This document shows positions 38,712 through 48,782 of a stretch of 64,000 bases of DNA, piece by piece. The notes under the pieces are model-generated. The model saw only the letters and a program-made list of their open reading frames with translations. It did not search any database and had not been told where the DNA came from. The number at the start of each line of letters is the position of its first letter. Within the stretch, counting starts at the first letter, position 1. The stretch is taken from contig MU004187.1 of the NCBI GenBank assembly GCA_010093605.1, positions 1,850,882 through 1,914,881 on the forward strand, read 5' to 3'. The position numbers and the translations under genes were made by a program. This DNA is from Lophium mytilinum (Eukaryota).

Positions 38712-39912
38712 GCGATCCGCATGTTCTGTTCCACGTTAAAGTAAAATCTTCTCTTCCGATCTTTTCGTTGGAAGCGGGCAATCTTCCCGCCCGCGTTCTG
38801 CATCTGCATAGCACGGCGTTTTTTCCGGAGGTTCACTTTTCCTTGTCTCTCATAGCCAAACCTACCTTGAGGTTGTTGGATACGTGTAAGCATATCATAG
38901 CGAGCATTTGCGAATTTTCCTTTTTCATATTGCTGTTGGAAACTCCGGTCTTGTCGTCGCGAGATGAGATGAGTGGGGGTCGGTGTGGGCGGATGCTACT
39001 TCTTTCTTCCTCGTCTTCCGCTGCATTAGATAAGCGCGAACTGGCTGCATGGAACTCTACTAGGGGAGATGGATGATTTCACTTCTCTGTACATAACAAT
39101 TGAATGGTCAGAAGACCTGCTTCACCTACTTTACTTATTTTGATTCAGTGACTATATGATGTGATTTAGATGCTCCAAGCGTTCGCAGAATCGATTTGAC
39201 GGTGTACAATGAAGGGATGAGGCCGAACTGCGAAAAACTGTTTGCTCATCGGGAGTCTGCATACATCACCCACGTCCTGCTGCACTCCCTTGTCAATTCG
39301 CGCAAATTCCATGGCCCCCTCTTTCTTCATTAGAGCATATATAGGGAACAATTCAATGCAAATCCCCAGGAAAGTGGCCGAAATCTATCTGTTGTTCCAT
39401 TGGGATTCTTTCCTATCATCTCTTTTTTCCTTTGCGGTCAGACTTGTGTTTAATTATTTTTAGCTGTTGTCTATTGTGTTCGAGATGCAGGTGTCGTACT
39501 TAGCAGATTGTTTTTGCATAGTGTGGGAACGTAGGAAGCTAAGAGCATGTTCACAAGCTGGGTGGCCTCCAACGAGAGCTCTTTAGATGTGATACGTAGC
39601 TGGCCAGCGAGTAAGACATGCCTTGTCGCCTGCTGCAGAGGAGTGGATCAAAAGACATATGCCTTTTATGTATCTCGTAAGAAGAGAGCTGCTCTATATT
39701 CATCGTTTTTTAACGTAAAAAGCCCACCCAATCATCCATATAGACGCCTTGAAATGCAGAACTAACCCCACCGTGTATGAACTTCATAATCATGCCCAAG
39801 ACCAAAGAAACCCTCAAAAGAAATGCAACAAATCCAGCGGCCAACAAGTATAGTCACTTTCCTCGCGTTAAACACTTTAACTCATGAAACATATCATATC
39901 CTTCATACTCCC

Positions 39913-41031
39913 TCAGAAATGCGAATGCCCAAACCTTGGCCGCGGAATCCGCCCCCTCCGCACAGCTCTGAACTCCCTCTTCACCACTTTCCCATCCAAA
40001 CACTGGGTCCCCGGAGAGACACCCTGCCAGACCACATGGCCGAAATTGCATAGTCCGAACTGGTCATTTCCGTTGCAAACAATAGCTCCGTTCACAGGAC
40101 ACAAATCCGCAGCGCCAGTGCCAGTAGCTGCAGGAGCGGTTCCCAGAACACTGGTGGGCGCTTCCGGGGCCGAGGGCGTCGCCGTACCAGCAACAAGAGT
40201 AGTGAGCGTAGACGCCTGCGAAGACAGAACCTCAGCCGCGCTAGACGCCCCAGGGGCGAAGACACCGCCCACGCCCGCAGACGGAGCAGGGCCCGCCTGC
40301 GTCACCGAGTTCGACACCGCAGCCTTGGGCGCGCCGATATTCTTGCCCACGAACGTCTTGCCGCAGCCCGTCCCACTCGGCTTCGCAGCCATAGCAGGAT
40401 TACCGTTCTTCTCCACCACCTCCCCGGGATCCGGGAAGATGGCATCATGCCCCGTGAACAGACACTGCGCCTCCGTAACATCCTTACTCGCAACCAGCAT
40501 ATCCGGCAGCTTCGCCAGCCCGCTCGCATCCTTCGCCCCGCCCGACACAGTGATCGGCGCGCAGTTCATGTAGAACTCGCCCGTTACCTGCGCCAGCCAG
40601 CTCCACGCCAGCGTCACCTGCCCGTTCGGCACGACGGCGGGGATCTCGTATGAAAACACTTTGGTGCGGTCGACAGGGTCTGGACATCCGCCTTCGAAGC
40701 TCTTGATGACTTTGAATGCGGAGTTTGGTGTTGGAATGGCGTCGGTTGTGATGCTGAGCTGGCAGCTGCCGCCGCCGTGCGGGACGGAGCCGTTGATGGA
40801 GAGGGTTTGCTGCTCGCCGACCGTCATCGGAGTGATGCTGTCGGAGAGGAAGGAGGGCTCGTTGGTGGGGTTGCATGGGTATTGGGAGGGGAGTGTGATG
40901 GGGGCGTTTTCGCGGCGGAGGGCGGCGACGTTGAACGGAGCGGGGACTTCGATGTGCATGTGGGCCAGCGTTGTGAGGGGGGCGACAAGGAAGAGGAGGG
41001 TTGCGGGTAACATGGCCTTCTTGGAAAACAT
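39913..41031 (-). CDS. Secreted lytic polysaccharide monooxygenase AA11 with C-terminal X278-like Cys module
   Basis: Signal peptide ends TLA|H, giving the N-terminal His. Also HGGGSCQLS, FEGGCP, LAWSW and EFYMNCAPI, a S/T/A/P linker, and C..GAIVC..FGLCNFG..W..V..GTQC. Confidence 0.93.
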   Translation of the reverse strand: MFSKKAMLPATLLFLVAPLTTLAHMHIEVPAPFNVAALRRENAPITLPSQYPCNPTNEPSFLSDSITPMTVGEQQTLSINGSVPHGGGSCQLSITTDAIPTPNSAFKVIKSFEGGCPDPVDRTKVFSYEIPAVVPNGQVTLAWSWLAQVTGEFYMNCAPITVSGGAKDASGLAKLPDMLVASKDVTEAQCLFTGHDAIFPDPGEVVEKNGNPAMAAKPSGTGCGKTFVGKNIGAPKAAVSNSVTQAGPAPSAGVGGVFAPGASSAAEVLSSQASTLTTLVAGTATPSAPEAPTSVLGTAPAATGTGAADLCPVNGAIVCNGNDQFGLCNFGHVVWQGVSPGTQCLDGKVVKREFRAVRRGRIPRPRFGHSHF

Positions 41032-42238
41032 GGTGGTTCGTAGGTGTGTGAAATAGATACAGTCCGTTGCGAGAGTTGGTGTGGATATAGTGAAGGGAAA
41101 TGGCCGCGTGAAATGTGAATGATCCCTTTTTGGTAAAGGAAAGAAACGGCTCTAGACCTGCTAGAAGCGCAACAAAAGGAGTGACTTGAGCGCAGAAAGT
41201 AAAGGAAAGAAAGACGTAGAGGTCGTAAGAGTGAGTGTGATAGCAGAGAAGTATTTGTTCATAGGCGCGGCTTCATACTTATACCGTTGCCCTACTACCA
41301 CGTTTAATCTTAACGCCCATCCTCCCAAAAGAGTACGACGATCCACCGTTCCCCACCAAAGTAGTTTCCGAACTGCAGTTCAGCACTCGGCTCCGTTCAA
41401 TTTTTCTAAGAGGCACAGCAAAATAAGCAACTTCCCTGTACCTGAAACGCGGGAGCGGGCCGTTTGCGAAGATAGCAGCCATACAATTCTCCCGCATCAT
41501 TGTTCCGATCGGCGGCAGGCAATGCAGGTACACTGGCGCGCGCTCGCTGGGGTCATGCGGAGTATTTTGAGGTTCCTGGTGTTGGGTGGGCGGTTAGATG
41601 GAGGAGCTTTGGTGGTCGGGGTTCAAGTGGTCGTCGGCTAGAGCTTTTTCCGGTGGTGTCACGGCATGGACGGAACTTCGGTGTGGTAAATGCGAGACTG
41701 TCTTGCAATTCGAAATAGAAGCTGTGTGTATCACTGTGCAAATTCTAGAGCTATTATTGGAAGGTATGGTAAGCTTCACGTGACGGGGTTCACGTGACTG
41801 ATCAGCAAGTGCTGTTTTCTCATTGGATATCCCCTGTCAACTATCTTGAGCTTCAACTCCGAGTCTTCGTTCTAAATTAGCTTCTTGCACGCAGAGTCAT
41901 ACGCCAACCTTCTTGAAGCAAGGCGCGATCTCAATTGCTATAAGTATCATTGGTACTCGGAGTACTCGGTGTTTGCGATGGTCTGGCCTTTGCAACGCGT
42001 GTAACTTTGGGCTTAGACTTGAAACACCAACACCTCTGTATCGACGAGGCCCTCTGATAACCTCTCCTTAGAATATCTCAGCAACTCACAATCGTTCTCG
42101 TGCTTTTAGATCTTCCGTCCATTTCATCTAGCTATCAAAGTAACACTAACAATCCGCATTCTACCCCGCGGTCCTTTCGATAGATCCTCAACGCGTCATC
42201 AACGCCCAACAACTGCAAGAGTCACCACCCTACCTGTC

Positions 42239-42794
42239 ATGTCTTGTAAACCCTCTCACTGCCTATAGATCTCACTGCTCGCCCTAATCCACCACAGTCC
42301 TCAACACCACCGCCACCCTACAACACCGCACACCCATTCCCCCAAACGCTACCCTCTCCCAATGTCTCACCCTCCTTCATAACCACGATCTCTGCATCCG
42401 CTTCGACCCTGAACTAGCCCACTATGAAGAAGTCACGACATCCGCTACCTCCCCCAACACCAAGATCTACAAAATCACGGACCACATGCACACGCTCCCA
42501 CGCGGGCTGTGGGACACAACCGTCTCCTTTACGGCCGAGATGACCAATATAGAGAATGGCCTTGAGTGGGTTATCAAAGCGCCGATGGGGCTGGTGCAGA
42601 CGAGCTTCTGGAGAATCGTGCCGGCAGAGGAACGGGATAAGGTTGAGGAGCCGGCGACAGAGTTGGTGATTGTGGAAGATGTGGAAATTAAAGCGTCGAG
42701 ATTACTGGTAGGGACGGTGAAGGGGAAGTGTGAGAGTAATTATAAGGGCATTCATGCGAAGTTCTTGGCTCACTTGAAGGAGTTAGAGGCATGA
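42239..42794 (+). CDS. Small conserved fungal protein (DUF7053/SRPBCC-like)
   Basis: ATG TCT T, then intron 42246-42297, then TC CTC AAC, giving MSFLNTT...LLHNHD...P...KITDHM...GLEWVIKAPMGL...LVIVEDV. The family call is from memory of similar proteins. Confidence 0.7.
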
Positions 42795-43975
42795 GCGGAC
42801 GGAGGCTTTCAACCTGTGAGAGGTTTATATCCTGTATATGATTAGAGCGGTACAGCAAGAAGTAATTTCTGAGCGAGGAAACTCGTTCAAGTGGTCATTG
42901 AAACCTGAGTCTCAGCTTCTACGGACACTATTATCGCTGATGATCAAGATGATGTGCCAGAGCATGTAGCAAAACAGAGGCCCTTTAATTCGGGTGCAGG
43001 TCTAGCATCGGCGAGCAATGCAAGCGTGGCAACATCCTTCTCGAGCGCTATGGTTTTCGAGGTACTAACATATTTCGACAGAGGGTCCAGATTGAGACAA
43101 TGAAAACTCCTTGGCGTGCAGTCACTCAAGTTACGAGATCCATCATACAGAGCGAAAGGGTCGTACAAATCGCCTCGTAACTAGATTCTCTTTGCTCGTG
43201 CTGATTGTTTGCATGGTTAAGGACCTCGCTAGGGCAGGACATAGAGCTTCTCGTAGCAATATACGGTATTTCGGAACCTTATAAAGTACACATATTTGAA
43301 CGCTGGGGAAAGATCGTGCCCGTAGAGCAAGTATGAAAATCTGAGCAGCGCAGCTAAGATTATCATATGGTTGGCAATCTGAAATCTGTAGCCCTGGATC
43401 GGGGCTGGCAGTCTGGACCAGTCCACAGTCTCAAAACCCTGTGTCTATACGAGGACGTCCTATTAAGCCTGGATTTTAGCCACTCAACTCAATCAAACAC
43501 ATGCCGGTTGGCTCAACTCTCTCATCTTGGCATCGCTTGGTCGGACCGTCGAGTTCAGGTTTCATCTCCGTGGATGTTGAGCTAGCTGCAATGGGCATCG
43601 TTACCAGGCACCACGGCTATTAGCCCAGATGGAGGGCTTGAAAAAGCTATTTCGGCAGGATGTTCCAAAGGAGATAATTCGGTTAGCCATGGTTAACGAC
43701 CTTGAAAGTACTGAAGAGACTCGCGAGTGAAAAGTAATATGGACAGAATGATTGAGGTCTCTCGTATTCAGATACTGGAGAACAAATACCCAGCCGAGCT
43801 TCGCGGATCTACCTCTTGCCGACCGGTATCAAAAGCTAAGGAGCTGACACAACCGTTAAAATAGTCGATGTGTAGGAGTATAAAGTCTCAACTTCGTCGC
43901 TTGCTATAGCTGACCGAAGTAAATCCTTCCCTCCGATCAAATATCAGCATCTGAGCAATATAACTCCTAAGCGCC

Positions 43976-44553
43976 ATGTACTCCCTCACGAACGTCGTGT
44001 TAATAACAGTGATGGGTCTTACGTGAGTTCGCGGCGCTGCCTCGTGCATCCCTCAACGCTGACCATCGTTTTTAAAAGCTCCCTTACTCTCGCTCTGCCA
44101 GCTCCACCTGGATACCCCTACCCAAGCTCGTCTGAAAAGCCACTCACTACGACCACGGTCTCCAACTCAGGCGTCCTGGTCTGGACACCTTCGAAAACGG
44201 TGGAGACACTTTCGGCCACGACTAGCAGCAAGTCTTCGGCCAAGCCGTCCTCCTCGTACTGGCCAACAAGCCCAAAGACATCTTCTTCGCCATCGCCAGC
44301 GCCCTCGTCTTACTGGCCGACGAGCCCCGAAACATCTTCTTCACCATCGCCAACACCTACGCCGAGTTCGAGCTTGACAGCGAGCAGCAGTAACTGGTCA
44401 AAGAGTTCCTCTACGCCTGTGGTTACGACGACTCCGAAGCCGACGTCAACGCCCACACCGTCGCCGACCAATAACTGCATCTCTTCGTCAGGAATACAGC
44501 TCTGCTTTACCGCGCGGAGCACATCGGGTGGGAGCTTTGTGACCTGGAGCTAG
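43976..44553 (+). CDS. Small secreted Ser/Thr/Pro-rich protein with C-terminal two-Cys tail
   Basis: Spliced signal peptide MYSLTNVVLITVMGLTSLTLA-LP (intron about 44023-44078). Duplicated SSYWPTSP(K/E)TSSSPSP unit. TATAAA at about 43879. Confidence 0.75.
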
Positions 44554-45154
44554 GCCATGGGATTCGACAGGCCATATGAGCGCGATGGACTTCGTCCTGG
44601 TATTGGAGGCCAGTCATTGGAGAAGTTATGTCTTCACGGAAATTTTGAAATTCTGTACATATTTTTCTAGGTCTATGTGAAGTCCCAAAACATTCGTTTG
44701 CGAAAGAGTCTTGAGAGTGTTTGCGAAGAGCGCATGAAGAATCGGGAGGTGACTTTTTGGAGACTAAAGTTTGGAATTTGTACTGGTGTGTAATGAAACA
44801 TACCTCAAAGACAACTATGTAAACCACTCCATGTACACCATGCTCGCACAAGTACCCGCAAAACATGATGTTGAAAAGTAGGAGCCGAAGCAAGGCTGAA
44901 ATCGAGACCATGAAGAAGCAAGGAGAGTATGACAGCAGTGCCCCTTTTCCCCATCCCATCACCGCATGCTGTCCTTTGGATGCTCATGAAAATGATTCCC
45001 CTATCATCTCCCACTCGCATCCGTAGATGAACCTTTTGAGAGGTCAATGCCCGTTTTCGACAACGAAGAAGCAATCCCACGTCACACAAACGCTAAAACA
45101 GTACACCACTCGAGCAGCGACGTCAAATAACTCGCTCAGGGTCGTCAAGGTCGA

Positions 45155-45733
45155 TCAGGTCTTCCTCTTCTTCTTGCCACCAGTCTCGCCGTCGTCCGCC
45201 GGGACCCTCTTGGTGCCTCCTCCACCGCCAATGCGCTCGACGAACTCATCATGATCAAGCGACTCGATACCCAGTTCTTCGATCTGCTCCAGCTTCTTCG
45301 GGCCAGCGCTAGCGCCAAGCACGACGAGGTCGGTGTTCTTGCTGATGGACTTGACAAGCTTGCCGCCATAGGTTGTCACCAACGCGTCGAGTTGCTTGCG
45401 GGTGACATTAGGGTCTGTCGGAACACCGGTCACGACGACGGTCAGGCCGGAAAGAGAGTCACCCGAGCCGGAGAGGAGTTCTTCGATGCGTTCAGCAAGT
45501 TCGGACTTGTCACCGTCAGCAGCCTTAGCCTTTGGTGCTGCTTTGGCCTTGGGAGCGGCGGCCGCCTTCGTGGCCTTGGCCTTCGGTTCTGCTTTCTTCA
45601 CCTCGACTTCGTGGACCTCTGCGCCATCAAGTTCGTCGGCGGCATCGTTGGCGGCGGATTCGTCGGCGTAAGCAGCGGTTGGAGCGCCGTCTTGGACAAT
45701 GACGTAGACGTGGGACAGGGCTTTTGGAGGCAT
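45155..45733 (-). CDS. Standalone BRCT-domain protein (RFC1/LigA-type BRCT)
   Basis: SLSGLTVVVTG...TRKQLDALVTTYGGKLVKSISKNTDLVVLGASAGPKKLEQIEELGI. Ala/Lys/Pro linker and C-terminal KKKRK. Confidence 0.85.
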   Translation of the reverse strand: MPPKALSHVYVIVQDGAPTAAYADESAANDAADELDGAEVHEVEVKKAEPKAKATKAAAAPKAKAAPKAKAADGDKSELAERIEELLSGSGDSLSGLTVVVTGVPTDPNVTRKQLDALVTTYGGKLVKSISKNTDLVVLGASAGPKKLEQIEELGIESLDHDEFVERIGGGGGTKRVPADDGETGGKKKRKT

Positions 45734-46498
45734 TGTTGAGAGTAACTTGGTGGGAGAGAGTAGATTGGAGTGTGGATTGGGATGTAAGATTGGGGTTCGA
45801 AAGTGAGAGGGAGTTGTTGTTTTTATATGTTGTGGTGAGGTGAGCGGCGCGGGCGATGGACGGCCGCAGCCTGGGACTTGCAGGGTTAAAATCAGGCAAC
45901 TGTCGCCAAATCACGTGCTAACTCCAGTAACTGCCATCAAAAATAATACATCATCTTTCTTCTAGCTACACTTTATCGCCACAACTAGGAATTCCAGGAG
46001 TCTTACTGGCTGCTGCCTTGAGTTTGCTGACCTCGGGGCTAAACGAATTGCCATTTATCGAAGCACCCCAGACAGCAGCGAAAATGCCTAGGATACCACT
46101 CTCCCTTTCGCATTATGTCACTTAGAAGAATCTTAGGTCTAAGATTTCTGTCAAATGTTATCACCTAGTTTTGCGCTTCTCATTGCCCACTCGGATAAGA
46201 GGGAATTCAAATGATCTTGGGAATCAGACAAAATACAAACATTGTTCTATACTATGGACAACGCGAAGCAAACCCTGACTCTGATACGAGCTATGTACGT
46301 CTATCATTGTTAGGGGCGAGTTATCATTTGGCTTTGCGAAATAGCGGTTTCATCTCCTGTAAAGTCGACCTAGTGGCGTCTTGACCTACTTATTTCTTGC
46401 GACTTCTCAAGAACTTCCCGCAGTCAGGGTCCTTGTACTATTTCCCCGTCACCTTGTCAAGTCCTTTTCGTGCGAAAAGCCCGCACAGTGAGTGTCTC

Positions 46499-47461
46499 CT
46501 ACTCCTCCTCTTCCTCCTCATTCGCACTGTCCCACTCTTCATACGGATTATCACATGAACGCGTACCGCATCGACATTTATCATCACCCTCGAAGAAGCC
46601 CTCGCCGTAGTCCACGGTAACCTGCGTCCCCGCCTTGATCTTCTGCGTTGTCTCAACGGTCAGTAGACGGTTCCGCCCCACCCGAGCTTCCAAAAATGCC
46701 GTGTTTGCCTCGCAGCTGTGATTAATGAACCTCGTCCAGCTGCCGTACTCCCACACGTCAATGTAGGCGTATGGCTGCTTGACTTTGGTTTGATAGGGCC
46801 CAATGTCCAACTTGGATTCGTAGTGCTTCGCGGAGTCTGAAGCCTTGTGGTTCGAAGGACGAAGCAAACCAGCCAGCTCTCCAATGACGACTTTTGCATC
46901 TACGTCATTCAACGCGAACACTCCGACACCCATGCCAGGGATTTTCTGGAGCTCGAAATTGTCCCTCCAGGTCTCGGCCTGAATGGCCTGCCATTTTGAA
47001 AGATCGCAACCGCAGTCAATTTGCCTTGGACGGGCGCCGCAGTCAACGCAGACAGTCTCGTCCAGGTATGCCCTCGTAAGCTCATTGTACGTAGTAGGGG
47101 GCCACACTGCTTCGTCTGGCCAATTTGCAGGCCTTTTCATCTTTGCCCACTCAGATGGGAAAAAGATGTGCCTGTTAAGTTCTACGGGGTAGACAAGGTC
47201 TTCGACCTCATGAGCCCTGTAATTAGGAATTGGATGTTCCTTACCTTTAGCGTCGCGTGTGGTAAATTCGCCTCGGAAACCCAGAATTCTGAGTCTCTTC
47301 GTGTCTAGCTTGACCTGTGGCTTATCGTCTTCAGCATCTTCCTCGAATTTGCGCTTTCGCTCTCTTGGTCGAAGTGGCAGGGTATTCTGGGTAGTACTTG
47401 CAATCTTCGTGAATCTATTGGACTCTCCCGAGCGGCCGGACTTCTTTATCTTTAAAGCCAT
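46499..47461 (-). CDS. SET-domain protein with post-SET (putative lysine methyltransferase), intronless
   Basis: GMGVGVFA, IGELAG, GSWTRFINHSCEANT, VTVDYG and post-SET CRCGTRSC. Basic N-terminus and acidic tail. Confidence 0.88.
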   Translation of the reverse strand: MALKIKKSGRSGESNRFTKIASTTQNTLPLRPRERKRKFEEDAEDDKPQVKLDTKRLRILGFRGEFTTRDAKGKEHPIPNYRAHEVEDLVYPVELNRHIFFPSEWAKMKRPANWPDEAVWPPTTYNELTRAYLDETVCVDCGARPRQIDCGCDLSKWQAIQAETWRDNFELQKIPGMGVGVFALNDVDAKVVIGELAGLLRPSNHKASDSAKHYESKLDIGPYQTKVKQPYAYIDVWEYGSWTRFINHSCEANTAFLEARVGRNRLLTVETTQKIKAGTQVTVDYGEGFFEGDDKCRCGTRSCDNPYEEWDSANEEEEEE

Positions 47462-48142
47462 GTTTGAAGATAGAAGGAAAATGAAGGGTAAAGAGTTAAG
47501 CCAGGTGGTGGTGGGATTAGTGCTTGGAAAAGATGTGGTGAGTTATACATTGCAGTGTTCGAGCTGATTTATATATTCCCATAATAGCCCCTCGAAGTGA
47601 ATATACAAAGTGGACGAGGTGATGAATGGTAGACATTGTAAGCGTTCACTTTGATATTTAGTGTGGTGGTGATGGCTCAGGCAGTGGGAGAAGTGTAATT
47701 TCTAAGGATATAACTCAGCAAATAACATCGTTCAATAGGGCAGTAAAGACCTGAAGATGTGGGTTTTGGAGTGGAGGGCCTTTCACGGCGCCAGTGTAAA
47801 ATGAACTATGGAGTGTATTTCGAAGAAAACATGCTACATTTATTGCTTCTTGAAAGTGAATGTTTAGAATTGAATATATAGACCGACGAAGAAAGACATG
47901 CCCCATGTTGATAAACAAGGCCTCGGGTCGTGCCCCCGCCTCTCGTGATGCTTACGGGATGGCTCTACTATGGGGATCTGAAAAGGGTGTTCCTGGCTAG
48001 AAATTATGGGGAGTAACAAAGGCCTAAATAGTGACAAAGACTGCGGGTATTGAGACAATATTTGAAAGAATTTTCGGGCAGCCATTCGTCGTCCGATTAT
48101 GTTGGCAACGCTGTGATTCTGCTGGATTATGACGATCACCTA

Positions 48143-48176
48143 CAGCAAGCAGCAAGCAGCAAGCAACAAGCAGCAA
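48143..48176. repeat. Heptanucleotide tandem repeat (CAGCAAG)~5
   Basis: CAGCAAG x3, CAACAAG, CAGCAA. Confidence 0.8.
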
Positions 48177-48782
48177 TCACAGTAGCGAATTTGGTGAGGT
48201 TCGTGGGAAACCGCGCAAGGTTTGAGACTTGAAAAAGGCCATACTAAGACTGATTAGAACACCATTCCTAGCATCGATAATTGTCTTCGTCGAATTACCT
48301 TTGTTACTTGCCTCTGGCGCCTTACTGCAAATGCGCTATCCCGACTTACACTTCAAGCTTAGAACAAGGTGATGAGGCTAGTACTCAGGTCGGCGAAAGT
48401 GTAAAATTCTGCGGAGGTACGTGATAACTAGAAGCGTAAATCACGATCAGGAGAGAAGAGCCAGAGAAAGGATCCAGTGGATGTGCATTTTTATTTTTTA
48501 ATGGTCTGGACATGATCAAGCAGTCCAGCAGTTGAATGGATTGAAGTAGCATGTTTTGGGTATGAGTTTGCCGCAAGCCCTCCCCCTGGCGCCTAAAGTC
48601 CGTAGAAGCAAACTGCTACGATCCAAATAGTGTACAAGTGATTACCTGGACAAGCCCTATTGCATCAATCAGTAAGGTCATCTCAAGTCGTTCAGCCGTT
48701 GGTATTAGCATGTGGTCCTTCAGGTAGCCTAAAAGACGAGTAAGCCCTGTATTATTCAAAAGCAAAGCGTCCTCCCAGTAGC

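Noticed and set aside
42850..43900. Possible decayed gene fragments (weak LRR/F-box-like words)
   Set aside because: The ORFs are short with no convincing ordered motifs. They cannot be supported without a BLASTX search.
47600..48750. AT-richer tract as a RIP-mutated transposon relic
   Set aside because: I found no terminal repeats or transposase/RT motifs, only a short microsatellite.
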